DNA of 64,000 bases from Octopus vulgaris (taxonomy: Eukaryota), in the NCBI GenBank assembly GCA_951406725.2, contig OX597828.1, forward strand, positions 28,644,001 through 28,708,000, given 5' to 3'. Positions 42,811 through 56,766 of this stretch are shown piece by piece; the stretch's first letter is position 1; each line of letters begins with the position of its first letter. Both the position numbers and the translations under genes were made by a program. Below the pieces are notes generated by a model that saw nothing but the letters and a program-made list of their open reading frames with translations, was not told where the DNA came from and ran no database searches.

Positions 42811-43123
42811 AGGCACAATGGCCCAGTGGTTAGGGCAGCGGACACGCGGTCGTAGGATCGCGGTTTCGATTCCCAGACCGGGCGTTGTAAGTGTTTATTG
42901 AGCGAAAACGCCTAAAGATCCACGAGGCTTCGGCAGGGGGGGGGGGTTGGCGATCCCTTCTGTACTCTTTCGCCACAACTTTCTCTCACTCTTTCTTCTG
43001 TTGGCCTGCTCGCTTAGCCAGCGGGGTGGAATCATTTGAAGGCTAAAACAATGCGAAGCGCATTGTGACCAGCGATGTGTAGCAACATCTGATACCCTGG
43101 TCGGTCACGGTGATCACGGTGAT
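42808..43123 (+). mobile_element. tRNA-SINE family C with a third type of tail
   Basis: Same head and core as 15593; tail matches 28082-28182 and ends (CACGGTGAT)2. Confidence 0.85.
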
Positions 43124-43676
43124 ATATATATATATATATATCTGTGTGTGTGTTTTTATCTTTCTTATTTTTACAAGTTTACTGACCACTACACTGCTAA
43201 ACCCTTAGCATCACCCACCGCTATTATCATCATCATTACGACTTTAACGCAGTGAACTATCAGCGGCGACAGCATCATCATCGTCATCGTTGTGATCACC
43301 TTCAAAATAATTTTTTAAATAAAAATAAAGAAATGTAATAAAAATTTCCAGATAACATCTCGATATCAACATTTTCGCCATTTTATTTCGTTACATTTAT
43401 ATTACTTTCGATTCTAAACTTCCGCCAGTAAATATCTTTAATTCTGAATATAAATATATTTACTTTAGCCTGTAAATATATATAATTCTACTTGCAAATA
43501 TATTTACTTCCGTCCGCAAATATATTTAATTCTCCCTATATGCAAACATATATAATTCTGCCGGTAAATATATATATATATATAGATATATTTGTAAAAA
43601 CAATTACTTTCACTGGTAAAAAATTACTTTCGCCTTTTATTTATTCTGGGCTTGTGTGTGTGAACATATCTATCTA

Positions 43677-43730
<54 letters not shown>

Positions 43731-43861
43731 TTACTCTTTTACTTGTTTCAGTCATTTGACTGCGGCCATGCTGGAGCACCGCCTTTAGTCGAGCACATCG
43801 ACCCCGGGACTTATTCTTTGTGAGCCCAGTACTTATTCTATCGGTCTCTTTTGCCGAACCG

Positions 43862-43908
<47 letters not shown>

Positions 43909-43942
43909 CACACACACGCGCGCACACACATACAAATATATA

Positions 43943-45256
43943 CAGTCGTCCACAAAATTATTCATGCCCTTGATAATTCTTGTTATTTTTTTTTTGTTTT
44001 ATGATGAAAAGAATGCATTTTGTGACCAACAAGTGAAAGAATAACAATAATACACAATTCAAGAAATTCTTCATTTCAGGGGTATTTTATTCATGGATTT
44101 CCCAAAAATGCCATGTTCAAAATTATTGATACCCTAGGTTTACCGAGTCCAATATTTTCCTTTAATAGTCACTAGCACAGCCTTTGTCTTTTATGAATGC
44201 TTCTAGACGATTCTTGTACGTATCCACCCACAAAACTTCCTCTGCATGTCTCCTGTGGGACGTTGGCCCACTGGCGAAAGCCTCGAGCTGGGTCAGGCAG
44301 GTATAAATAGAGGAAAAGTGTCCTGGTCATTCTCAGTTTCTGAGAATCGTGGTCAAGAAGTAGGAGCTCAGTGAGGACCTATGTCAATGTCATGTGCGTT
44401 CCCTACAGTGAAGGAAAGGATTACAAAGCCATTTCAAAGCAGTATGATGTCCCTGTAGCATAATCAATTATGGGTCGAAACCATATATGAAAATTCATGT
44501 CCAGAGCATAACCAACAAACTCAAGAGGTTCAACATTGTTAAAACCCTCAGTGGGCGTGGCAGGAAGCGTAAGGTGTCTCCCAAACTTGCCAGGAAAATC
44601 TACCGCATCAACAACCCCCGCACAACAATCTAGACCCTAACTGAAGCGCTTGATCATGCAGGGATGAAGGTTTCATGGTCCACCATTGAGCGAGTTTTGC
44701 ACAGAGGTCTCCATAGACGTAGGCCTCGGAAGACGCTGCTGCTCAGGAAGAAACAACTGGAGGCTCGCCTGGCCTTTGTTAGAGGTCATCTGAAGCAAGA
44801 TCCCAGCTTTAGTTAACCATCCTGTGGTCTGATGAGACGAAGTTGTCCTATGGATGCTGAATACGTCTGTAGGAAGAAAGGAGAAGCATACAAGCCGAAG
44901 AACACTGTGCCCACCATGATGGTGGAAACATAATGTGATGAGGATGCTTCAGTGGCACAAGGAATCTTGTCAAAGGTCAAGGAATCACGAGAAACGAGAG
45001 TTACATCAGGAACCTTGATGAAAACGTGAAGGAACCTGCTGAGAAGCTCCATCTCGGCCACAACTGGAAGTACCAACAGGACAATGATCCGAAACATACC
45101 ACTAAGGAAGTGAAGAAATAGTTCAAGTACAATGATGTCAACGTCCTTGAATGGCCAAGTCAGAATCCAGATCTGAATTCGATCGAGACCTTGTGGCGAG
45201 ACTTGAAGACCAGAGTGATGGCTAGGAAACCAACCAAACTGAACCAGCTCGAGGAT
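43943..45256 (+). mobile_element. Second Tc1-family transposon (IR/DR-type left end), 3'-truncated, transposase pseudogene 44349-45256
   Basis: TA|CAGTCGTCC start; repeated AAAATTATT(C/G)AT(G/A)CCCT; ELSEDL, GRGRKRK, WSDETK, QQDNDPKHT and [15 protein letters not shown] motifs. Confidence 0.88.
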
Positions 45257-45483
45257 TACATCGATCGCAGTGCTTAACTGGTACTTGTTCTATTGACTCC
45301 GGAGAGAGTCAATCCTGGCGGCATTTGAACACAGAACGAACAGACGGCGCGCTAACGATTCTGCCAGCTCGCCGTCTTAAAAAAGACAATATACATGGAA
45401 GTTATATTCTATAATGATTTTGTTGAATCTCCGGAGAGCTGTTTTAGCCACAGGTTTTATTTTATTTCTTTTATCATTATTAA

Positions 45484-45528
<45 letters not shown>

Positions 45529-45594
45529 CATCACTATATGTGTATATATATATATGTGTGTGTGTATGTGTGTGTATGTGCGCGCGTATATATA

Positions 45595-46776
45595 TGACGT
45601 CATATATATTGATTTTAGCAAGGCATTTGACAGAGTGGACCACAAAATCCTGCTGAAGAAACTGTCCAGCATTGGAGTCCGTGAAAATCTACAGCATTAG
45701 ATAGAGTGTTTCCTGATGAACAGAACCCAACATGTGTTTGAGGGAATACGATCCAGCTCAACCAAAGTCAGTAGTGGTATCCAACAAGGTACTGTGTTGG
45801 GCCCACTCCTCTTCACTATTTACATCAACGACATAGCAGATGCCATCAAACATTTTACATTGAAAATCTTTGCAGATCATTCCAATCTCCAGAAAGCCAT
45901 AGACGGCATGGGAGACTGACCAATGGCTTCAGTTAGATCTAAATAAAGATAAGTTTGATTTGATCCACTTTGGAAAAGAGGATACTCTGAAATTACCATA
46001 TGCTCTTAACTCGGGCGACTCCCAACCGTCATCCAACAACACCAGAGACCTCGGAGTAATTGTTGATAACAATCTAAGCGGGAGTTCTCTCGTAAACAGC
46101 AAGGTTGATTTGGCCTGCAAGATGTGCTCCTGGATTCTGAGAACTTCCCGATCTAGAGATGCCTATACCATCATCCTTCTCTACTCCACTTTTGCTTGAC
46201 CCCCACCTTGAATACTGTTGCCCACTGCCCCCCCCATACGAAGTAGCTCATTATGTAAGTGGAAACACTCCAGAGGTCAATAGCAAGAAAGATAAACGGC
46301 ATGAGACGCATTGTCTATTGGGATCGACTAAAAAAAATTCAATCTCTACTCTCTCGGACGCTGCTGGGAGCGCTACATCATTTGTGTGATGTGGAAAATA
46401 TTCCATCAATATTACACAAATGATGTTGGCATCAATTTTAAAATCCATCCAAGACTTGGCCCCCGTGCTATCCGCACACTACAAAAATCGAACTCGATAC
46501 ACATAGCAACATTTCGTCACAATTATTTACCTGAACCGGTCCAGCTCACCTTAATACCATACCAAAATACGTCAAAACAGAAGCAGATCCCATAAAATTC
46601 AAATGTTCACCGGACAAATTTCTTCAAAAAATCCCGGATCAAGCTCCTACAGTCGGATATATCTCCAGCAATAATAACTCTTTCAATGGTAGCCATATAT
46701 GACTAAAAGACTTCCTCAAGTGATGCTGTAAAGTTAGACATGGCCTGGGCCTACACTGGCCGTAACCTATCAAAGT

Positions 46777-46777
<1 letters not shown>
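45595..46777 (+). mobile_element. CR1/Jockey-group LINE reverse transcriptase and 3' end, 5'-truncated pseudogene
   Basis: DVIYIDFSKAFDRVDH, SGIQQGTVLGPLLFTIYINDI, KIFAD, RDLGVIVD and PHLEYCCP motifs. Confidence 0.9.
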
Positions 46778-46841
<64 letters not shown>

Positions 46842-47145
46842 GTGTATATATGTGTGTATATATATATATAGATATATACATATATATATATGTATATGTA
46901 TATATGTATATATGTATATATATGTATGTATATATATGTATATATATATGTGTATATATATACATGTATATATATATATATATACACATGTATATATGTA
47001 TATATATATATGTGTGTATATATATATACATGTATATATATGTATATATATATATATATATGTGTGTATATATATGTATATGTATATATATGTGTATATA
47101 TATGTATATGTATATATATATACATATATATATATATATGTTTAT

Positions 47146-47209
<64 letters not shown>

Positions 47210-47220
47210 GTATATATATG

Positions 47221-47251
<31 letters not shown>

Positions 47252-47355
47252 GAATATGTATATATATACATATATATGAATATGTGTATATATATATATA
47301 TTTATATATGTATATATATACATATATATGAATATGTATATATATATGTATATGA

Positions 47356-47394
<39 letters not shown>

Positions 47395-47481
47395 CATATA
47401 CATGAATATGTATATATATATATATATATATGAATATGTATATATATATGCATGCATATATATATGAATATGTATCTATAT
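46778..47481. repeat. ~700-bp (TA)/(TG) compound microsatellite
   Basis: Directly visible. Confidence 0.95.
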
Positions 47482-47975
47482 ATAAGAATTTTTTGCGCAA
47501 TCAGATAAAAAACTAAGGCTGTGTAGATATTACAACATTTATAGATAGAAAGTCATACAGCTGTTTCCAGGATATTTATTTATTATATCCCTTCATCGGA
47601 GACGGTATTATCCCCACATATCTTCCGTTTTCTTTCCTCCATCTCACTCTCTATTTTGTATCCTATATAAACAATTACTTAACCATCCTCTCACACCGTC
47701 TCCGATGAAGGGATATAATTAATAAATACCCTGAAAACAGCTGCAAGACCTTCTATTTATAAATGTCCTAATATCTACACAGCCTTGGTTTTTTTTATCT
47801 TATTACAGCAAAAAATTCTTATATACACACGCTGACATATGACCAACGCTGAACCCCTTATTCGCTAAATTACCGAACCTGGAACTTAACTATGATCTGT
47901 CTATCGCACTTATTCAGCATTACCTGACACCTCTAGGTCTCAATGACACCATTACTTCTTATAACCTCAATATTT
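47482..47975. mobile_element. Fold-back Penelope-like element with a hammerhead in each arm
   Basis: Arms 47482-47607 / 47695-47822; HHR-like GTCT CCGATGA AGGG..(C)CCT GAA ACAGCTGT A; downstream [13 protein letters not shown] resembles the PLE GIY-YIG C-terminal P.GLN. Confidence 0.7.
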
Positions 47976-48005
47976 ATTTATATATATATATATATACATA
48001 TATAC

Positions 48006-48055
<50 letters not shown>

Positions 48056-48110
48056 GTGTGTGTGTGTGTCTTTGTGTGTATCTATATATATGTATACGTA
48101 TATACGTGCA

Positions 48111-48151
<41 letters not shown>

Positions 48152-48694
48152 GTATACATATATACGTGCATTTATATATATATATATATGTATATATAAA
48201 GTATGGTGTATGTGCATTAAAAAGAGCGATGGCGACGGTATGAATAATATAAAGAGGGAGAAAGAATTACCAAAGAATTAAAAGAACTAAGACAACCTGT
48301 AGAGAAAACTTCCACTGATAGAAATGAGTTCGTAGACAATTTGTTTTTAGCCATTAAAAAATTTTGCTTTACGTTTTTTTTTGCACTCTCATCAACACTC
48401 CACCTCCACCCCCAGCACAGCACCCCCACCCCCGTTGCTGCCATTTCATCCTTTTATACACTCTTTCAGTGCTTTCTCTTGATTTGTAGGTTTTGTTAAT
48501 TTTTTTCCTCTTAGTTTCATCCTGTTGTTTTGAATGTATGTTCATATACATGCGTTCTGTTTTATATATACATACTCGTATATACATACATTCATATATA
48601 TATATGTATATATGTATATATATATATATGTATATGTATATATATATGTATATATATATGTATATATATATATATGAATGTATGTATATACGAG

Positions 48695-48738
<44 letters not shown>

Positions 48739-49579
48739 CGCACACACAAATTTGTTACCAGCTCAAATACGCTGATGCTCATATATACAAATATGTGTGT
48801 TGTTGTTGTGTGTGTGTGTGTGTATAACATATGTATGTATACATATATGCATATACGTATACATATATATACCTATGCATGTATATCCATATATGAACAC
48901 ATTTACACTTAAACACACACAGACATTTCTTTTAATCTTCAAGCTTGTCTTCTTCAATGAGTTGTTGTTGCTGTTGTTGTTATTACTGGCGCTGCACTTC
49001 ACATTGATAATGTTCGTATTGCTGTTGTTGTTGTTGTTGCTGGTGCAATCGTCAGTGTTCTAGTTGATGTTATTCTTGCCGTTCTTTTTCACAAAACCTT
49101 ATTCGCACTTCATTCTCTTCCCCACCACCTCATTCTTTATTATTTCTTCTTCTTCTTTCTATCTATTCTATCACCCCCCTCCTCATCCCGCCACCTCTTC
49201 TTAACGCCGCCGCCGTCGCCGCCATTCCACCTTCTTTTCAAGTAAATAAGTCGTAATGCAACGGTGTTCGATTTTCCTCGGTGAAATGCGTGTGCATGTA
49301 AGAATGCACCTACGTAGGCATTTAACACTATTGCATGAGTGTGTACATGCATGTCTGAGTATAAATACATAGTGTGTGAGAGTGTGTGTGTGTGAGTGTA
49401 GACACACAAACACACGTGATTATACACTTAGATATATATATATTTATACGTACGAAGTTGTATCAAAATATCTAAGAATATATATGCATGAGCATTTTGC
49501 ATGTGTATATATATACACGTCATATATATGTATATGTATATATATACACGTCATATATATGTATATGTATATATACACG

Positions 49580-49619
<40 letters not shown>

Positions 49620-49772
49620 TTCATATATTTGTATATGTATATATACACGTCATATATATGTATATGTATATATACACGTCATATATATATATATACATTA
49701 ATGTCAGATATATATATATATATGTATATATACATTAATGTCAGGTATATATATACATGTCATATATATATA

Positions 49773-50177
49773 TTCTTTTACTCTTTTACTTGTTTCACTC
49801 ATTTGACTGTGGACATGTTGGAGCACCGCCTTTAGTCGAGCAAATTGACCCCATGACTTATTCTTTGTTAGCCTAGTACTTATTCTATCGGTCTCTCATG
49901 CCGAACCGCTAAAGTACTGGGACGTAAACACACCAGCATCGTTTGTCAAGCGATGTTGGTGGGGGGGGGGACTAATACAGACACAAACGTATACACACAA
50001 ACACGTATATAAACGACGGGCTTCTTTCAGTTTCCGTCTACCAAATCCACTCACGAGGCTTTGGTCGGCCCGAGGCTATAGTAGAAGACACTTGTCCGAG
50101 GTGCCACGCAGTGGGACTGAACCCGTAACCATGTGGTTGGTAAGCAAGCTAGTTACCGCACAGCCACTCCTACGCCT
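49773..50177 (-). mobile_element. tRNA-SINE family A, full length
   Basis: Homologous to 55773-56190. Confidence 0.9.
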
Positions 50178-50339
50178 ATGTCGATGACGTCATAATAGCT
50201 TTGTAAACTTTCGATAGAACGTGAAATAATTCTCTTCAGTCCAAAAGTGTTTTCTGCCCGATAGTTCCATTTTATTTATAGCATTGTGTGTGCTTCAAGA
50301 GCTGCTATTCCGAAAAAGAATTGTTTCTCCCTCTCTCTC

Positions 50340-50530
50340 TTCTTCTTCTTTCTTCTGTCGCCCTTTTCAAGCTTAGCCAGGCTCGTGGGCCCGGTTTCTG
50401 TGGCGTATGTATTCCTACTCCCCAGCTGGACGGGACGCCAGTCCATCGCAGCGTTACTCAAGAAACAGGAAGAGAGAGTGAGAGAACGTTGTGACGAAAG
50501 AGTACAACAGGGGTCGCCACCACCCCCAGT
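50340..50530 (-). mobile_element. SINE family C fragment with V-domain-like tail
   Basis: Minus strand GCGATGGACTGGCGTCCCGTCCAG; similar to 16150-16250. Confidence 0.6.
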
Positions 50531-50714
50531 CGGTATTGGTCGGCCGGGGTCATTAGTAGAAGGGACGTGGTTGCATAGTGAGCTTCTTCATCACGGCCCT
50601 TAGTTGTGAGCGTGGTTTTATATGCAGGCACCTGTGTCGGGATATTTATACGCCTGTTTGATAATGGGTTGGGGGTGTGCTTTTTATGTGTGTGTGTGTG
50701 TGTGCATGCGTTTA

Positions 50715-51118
50715 AGAGAGGGGGAGAGAGGAGGGGAGATGAGAAGGGATAGAGGAAGATAAGGTGAGATAGTGAGAGAGGGAAATAGAGAGATAGAGGG
50801 GAGAAGTGAAAGAAAGAGAAAGAAAGAGAGAGGGGAAGACAGGGAAAGAGAAAGAGGGGAAGATAGAGAGGGGAAGACAGAGAGGGGAAGATAGAGAGGG
50901 GAAGACAGAGAGGGGAAGACAGAGAGAGGAAAAGAAAGAGGGGAAGAGAGAGGGGAAGAGAGAGAGAGGAAGGTAGAGAGGGAAAGAAGGGGAAGGTAGA
51001 GAGGGGGAGAGAGAGAAGAAGAGGGGAAGAGAGAGGGAGGGAGAGGGGAAGAGAGAGGGTGGGATAGAAAGAGATACAGAGTGAGAGAGACGAAAGAGAG
51101 AGAGAGAGAGAGAGAGAG
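50715..51118. repeat. Purine-only (GA/GGGGAAGA) tract
   Basis: Directly visible polypurine/polypyrimidine tract. Confidence 0.9.
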
Positions 51119-52075
51119 GTTAAGTTTTGGCCTTATATACGTATGTAAACAAAAACAGAACTGATGCGAAATTTGTTAATATCTCTTTCCCCATAATAAC
51201 AATAACAATAATAATAATAATAACAATGATGATAATAATAATAAATGTAACGAAAAATATGAAACTTGAAAATGGAAGAAATGCAAAAAATAACAATAGA
51301 AAATAAAAGCAATCTTAGCTATTGAATTACAAAAACTAAAATACAAAAAGAATAAATTTTTGTTTGTCTGATAAAAAAAAAGAAACAATAGGTCGAAGAT
51401 GAAACACTGAAAGTAAGGTAAGAGTGACGTGTACCAAGAATATAGGTTTCGCATTTTGTTGAGTAAAAAGATCGTTTAATGCAGCGAGGCAAGAAGTCTT
51501 GGAGCATCACTGATCTCTCCGTGAACAACAGTTTAATCAGTGTTCCGTGGGCGGCAACACCTCAGCGCCAGTATTGCGTGCATTCACCAGCAGTTTGCTG
51601 ATGTCAACGGTTGCATGTGTGTGTGTGAGGAGGGAGGGGCAATCGATGGATTTTAGAAGTGTGGACGAGGTGACTTTTTGGCCGTGTGTTTTAAGAAGCT
51701 AACTTTGCAACCATGTCGTTTTGGGTTCAGTCCCACTGCGTGGTACCCTTGGTAAGTGTCTTCTACTATGGCTCGGGTCGACCAATGCCTGGTCAGTAAA
51801 TTTGGTTAGTGGAAACTATGTTGAAGCCTGTCGTATATATATATGTACATGCATATGTGTGTTTTTGTGTTTGTCTCTCTCCACCTCTTGACTACAGCTG
51901 TTGCTTTGTTTACGGCCCCGTAACCATAGCGGTTCGGCAATACAGGACGATAGAGTATCAAACTTCAAAAATAGATAAATTCTTTGATTGATTTGCTCGA
52001 CTAAACTCCTGCAAGGTGATGCTCCAGCGTGGCCGCAGTTTATCGGGGTCGATAAAATAGGTAGCAGTCGAGCTG

Positions 52076-52132
<57 letters not shown>

Positions 52133-52134
<2 letters not shown>

Positions 52135-52915
52135 CTACAAAGTACAACCAGGCCAACATATTAAAGAACGTCAGTAGCCCAACATGTGTATGTCAACAAC
52201 AAAATGAAACCATTGATCATGTCTCCAAGTGCAGTCTTCCTGCGCCTACAGAGTATCTCAACAGGCATGATAGAGCTGCACAATATATTAACTGGATACT
52301 TTGCAAATGCCTAGACTTGCCCCATGATAAAAACTGGTGGGAACACAAACCACCTCTAGTACTTGGAAATGATCACATCTCACTCCTCTGGAACTTCACC
52401 ATTCAAACTGACAGAAAGATAGATAGGCCAGACATCATATTGAAAGACTTCAGACAAAAAACATGCCTTCTCATTGATATGACTGTCCCAATCGATATAA
52501 ACGTATCTGTCAAGACCTACCAAAAACTGAGATCTTGAAATAGAAATGGGCAAAATGTGGAACCTGAAAACTAAAACAATGCCTGTTGTCATAGGTGCCC
52601 CGGGAATGATAGCAAAAGGGGCTGACTGCTACCTAACTCAGATACCAGGAAACCCCAAAATGGCAGAAATTCAACAGATAATGCTCATGGGAACTGCTCA
52701 TATCCTACGCAAAATACTTTCTATGTAATATCAAGTTTTAAAACAAACATAATTTCCGTATGTTTTTTAGACGTTCACTAGTACAACACTAAGTACAAAA
52801 CCAAATATATGGCACCCTAGGCATAACACCAACATGAACTTCCAACTTGTTGTCTCTTGAGGTCTCTGGGTGAGACTTCGAGCTAACTTATACAAATGTA
52901 AAGCAAAAGTCAAAC

Positions 52916-52918
<3 letters not shown>
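52133..52918 (+). mobile_element. R4/Dong-clade (restriction-like endonuclease) LINE 3' end in (TAA)n
   Basis: CCHC remnant ETIDHV..C, YLNRHD, LLWNFTIQTD, RPDIIL..LIDMTVP and PVVIGA RLE motifs; (TAA)n on both sides, the established Dong target. Confidence 0.9.
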
Positions 52919-52957
<39 letters not shown>

Positions 52958-53334
52958 TACTTTACTTTCCACTGGGGCATAGGTAAGAGGGACATCACAA
53001 TCACACTAGAGTTTGTGAAAGAGTTTACCTAAAAAGATGAGGAGGAAAAAAAGGGAAAAGTATGTAAATACATTGACCCTAATCATTCATTTTTGCCGCA
53101 GCCAAATACCTTCTCAATAGATTCATTGAGAGAGAAAGAGAGAGAGAGAGAGGAGGATGGAAGAAAGGTTGGACGGAGAGAGGAATAGAGAGACAGAGAG
53201 CACTTCCTTCTTCTCCTTTTTGTCCCCGTGGAGATGAAGGAAAAAAACTCAATGAAAGTTTGACAAAAGAGGAAGGTGTCTTTCTTCAATCATTTTAGCC
53301 TCGTTCACCACACTATCTCTTTCGTCATATATAA

Positions 53335-53371
<37 letters not shown>

Positions 53372-53390
53372 CATACATATATATATATAT

Positions 53391-53553
53391 AGGCACAGGA
53401 GTGGCTGCGTGGTAAGTAGCTTGCTTACCAACCACATGGTTCCGGGTTCATTCCCACTGCGCGGCACCTTGGGCAAGTGTCTTCTACTTTGGCCTCGGGC
53501 CGACCAAAGCCTTGTGAGTGGATTTGGTAGACGGAAACTGAAAGAAGCCGGTC

Positions 53554-53613
<60 letters not shown>

Positions 53614-53823
53614 GTGTGTATATGTCTGTGTTTGTCTCCCCAACATCGCTTGACAACCGATGGTGGTGTGTTTACGTCCTCATAACTTAGCGGTTCGGCA
53701 AAAGAGACCGATAGATTAAGTACTAGGCTTACAAACAATAAGTCCTGGGGTCGATTTGCTTAACTAAAGGCGGTGCTCCAGCATAGCCGCAGTCAAATGA
53801 CTGAAACAAAGAGTAAAAGAGTA
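53391..53823 (+). mobile_element. tRNA-SINE family A, full length
   Basis: A box GTGGCTGCGTGG, B box GGTTCATTCCC, CCTTGGGCAAGTG CORE-like block, internal (TA)n, AAGAGTA tail. Confidence 0.9.
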
Positions 53824-53934
53824 TATATATATGTGTGTGTATAGCTACATATATATATATTTATATATATATATATATATATTTATATATACTCTCATAT
53901 GCGCGCGCGCATAAGCACGCACACACTCACACGA

Positions 53935-54093
53935 GGGGCTTCTTTCAGTTTCCGTCTACCAAATCCACTCGCAAGGTTTCGGTCGGCTGGAGCTATAGTA
54001 GAATATACTCGACCAAGGTGCCACGCAGTCGGACTGAACTCGGAACCATGTGGTTGGGAAGCAAGCTCCTTATCACACAGCCACTCCTGCGCC
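53935..54093 (-). mobile_element. SINE family A 5' half, inverted relative to the 53391 copy
   Basis: Reverse complement of 53391-53555. Confidence 0.85.
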
Positions 54094-54344
54094 TATATAT
54101 ATATGGAAGAATGTGTTGCGAATAAATGAACGGTAGGTGAAAAAAAAAACGTATAACGCGTACTGAGTGTACAACCGGACATGAGCCAGACACAGAAGGT
54201 CCCTAATTATTCACCAGTTATCAACCAGATGGTATTACTATATATATAAAGTTAATCCAAACATGAAAACACAACAACGCGAGGACGTGGAACAAGTATA
54301 GTGTTATTGGACGCTCAGGATATATATCTGTATATATATATAAT

Positions 54345-54639
54345 ATAGGGTGAAATTAATTAATTTGGAATAATCATTAATTTCACCAAGTAGATTTCGG
54401 CATGTAAAAGCCCCATTCGAGGAAGGTTTAAGTAATACTAAGTAATTAAGGGTTTAGCAAAGGTTTGCCTCACCACACACCGAGTTTAGAAATAGCAGTC
54501 AAAGAGTTATGGCTATTCTTTCTACTTAAAAGGGAGATCTCAGTGAAACCACAAAGAAAGAATAGCCATAACTCTTTGACTGCTATTTCTAAACTCGGTG
54601 TGTGGTGAGGCAAACCTTTGCTAAACCCTTAATTACTTA

Positions 54640-54643
<4 letters not shown>
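54345..54643. mobile_element. (TA)n-embedded fold-back element, perfect 87-bp arms
   Basis: 54435-54521 is the reverse complement of 54557-54643; same architecture as 1038-1355. Confidence 0.65.
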
Positions 54644-54700
<57 letters not shown>

Positions 54701-54754
54701 TATTATATAAAATCAGGCTAAATTTAACGATTTTTCAATGATCCTTTTGAGGAA

Positions 54755-55096
54755 ATGTTATGGAGGACTGGAAGCCACCTGAATGTTGGAAAGAGTTACC
54801 TGTATCATGACGTTTCGAGCCGCGTATCAAAGTGCCGACATCATGAATGCTGTTTAATGCTCTGTAAACACATCGTAAAGGCTATAAGACGTGATATGAA
54901 TAGCTGCAACGGTAACTACGAAGCCGTTGTCTGCACGTCGGACTTCATCCAATTGCAGGAGAAGGTAATGGAAGATCTGAGCAAGGGAATGCCGGATTTG
55001 GTGAGAGAGACGGGTGTTGGAGTTTCCACCACGAAGCTAGACCTAAATCGGGACCTTTGCTACTACATGTACAAGAAGCGATTGTGGGTGCTTTGA
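54755..55096 (+). pseudogene. Tc1/mariner-superfamily (maT/DD37D-like) transposase N-terminal fragment
   Basis: TSDFIQLQEKVMEDLSKGMPDLVRETGVGVSTTKLDLNRDLCYYMYK resembles the second-HTH P..S.R.LA.E.GVS..T......DL....YK pattern. Confidence 0.5.
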
Positions 55097-55134
55097 GTAA
55101 AATGCTATCTCCCAGCTGTAATCCAGTTTTGATA

Positions 55135-55575
55135 TTCTCTTTTTACTCTTTTACTTGTTTCAGTTATTTGACTACGGCCATGCTGGAGCACCGCCTTTAG
55201 TCGAGAAAATCGACCCCGGGACTTATTCTTTGTAAGCCCAGTACTTATTCTATCGGTCTCTTTTGCCGAACCGCTAAGTGACGTCAGAACGTAACGTCAG
55301 ACGAAATACGGCTACGCATCTCACCCGGCGTGCTAACGTTTCTTATTTCTTTATTGCCCACAAGGGGCTAAACATAGAGGGGACAAACAAGGACAGACAT
55401 AGGTATTAAGTCGATTACATCGACCCCAGTGCGTAACTGGTACTTAATTTATCGACCCCGAAAGGATGAAAGGCAAAGTTGACCTCGGCGCAATTTGAAC
55501 TCAGAACGTAACGGCAGACGAAATACAGCTAAGCATTTCGCCCAGCGTGCTAACGTTTCTGCCGGGTCGCCACCT
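55135..55575 (-). mobile_element. SINE family A tail fused to nested family B copies
   Basis: Family A tail 55135-55283; partial B head 55284-55344; full B copy 55345-55575. Confidence 0.8.
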
Positions 55576-55772
55576 TTGGGTTGATAAAATAAATGCCAGT
55601 CGAGCAGAAGGGTCGGTGTAATCGACTTATCCACTCCCTCGAAATCTGAGACGTTGTAGAAAGAATTATTATTAGTATTCGGCAGAAGTTACAAGTCGAC
55701 TCTTGGACTCAAAGCCGACAGTTTCATGCATGACTCTTATCTAATTTTGATAAGTGTTTATACATGAAGCTC

Positions 55773-56190
55773 ATGGCGCAGGAATGGCTGTGTGGTAGGT
55801 AGCTTGCTAACCAACCACATGGTTCCGGGTTCAGTCCCACTTCGTGGCATCTTGGGCAAGTATCTTCTGCTATAGCCCCGGGCCGACCAATGCCTTGTGA
55901 GTGGATTTGGTAGACGGAAACTGAAAGAAGCCTGTCGTATATATGTATATGTATATATATGTATGTGTGTGTTTGTGTGTCTGTGTTTGTTCCCTAGCAT
56001 TGCTTGACAACCGATGCTGGTGTGTTTACGTCCCCGTCACTTAGCGGTTCGGCAACAGAGACCGATAGAATAAGTACTGGGCTTACAAAGAATAAGTCCC
56101 GGGGTCGATTTGCTCGACTAAAGGCGGTGCTCCAGCATGGCCGCAGTCAAATGACTGAAACAAGTAAAAGAGTAAAAAGAGAGTAAAGAG
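55773..56190 (+). mobile_element. tRNA-SINE family A, full length
   Basis: Complete head-core-tail structure. Confidence 0.9.
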
Positions 56191-56350
56191 TCCTTTGTTA
56201 AAATGGTATCTCCGAGCTCACTTTGTAACGCATGCGAAGTTAAAATACGATTAAAATAATAATAATCCTTTCTACTATAGGCAGAAGGCCTGAAATTTGG
56301 CGGAGGGGGATAGTCGTTTACAGTGACCCCAGTGTGCAACTGGTACTAAA

Positions 56351-56766
56351 AGGCGGCGAGCTGGCAGAAACGTTAGTGCGCCGGGCGAAATGCTTAGCGG
56401 TATTTCGTCTGGCGCAACGTTGTGAGTTCAAATTCCGCTGAGGTCGACTTTGCCTTTCATCCTTTCGGGGTCGATAACTTAAGTACCAGTTACACACTGG
56501 GGTCGATGTAATCGACTTAATACCTATGTCTGTCCTTGTTTGTCCCCTCTGTGTTTAGCCCCTTGTGGGTAATAAAGAAATAGGTATTTCGTCTGGCGCA
56601 ACGTTGTGAGTTCAAATTCCGCTGAGGTCGACTTTGCCTTTCATCCTTTCGGGGTCGATAAATTAAGTACCAGTTACGCACTGGGGTCGATGTAATCGAC
56701 TTAATACCTATGTCTGTCCTTGTTTGTCCCATCTATATTTAGCCCCTTGTGGGTAATAAAGAAATA
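56351..56766 (+). mobile_element. SINE family B: one head plus two tandem 184-bp bodies, inserted into an older antisense B copy
   Basis: Units 56399-56582 and 56583-56766; TSD GGTACTAAAAGG at 56342-56353 and 56767-56778. Confidence 0.9.

Noticed and set aside
46639-47500. Long ORFs (210-249 aa) rich in Y/I/H/C
   Set aside because: Translations of (TA)/(TG) microsatellites; the same applies to most ORFs in the track.
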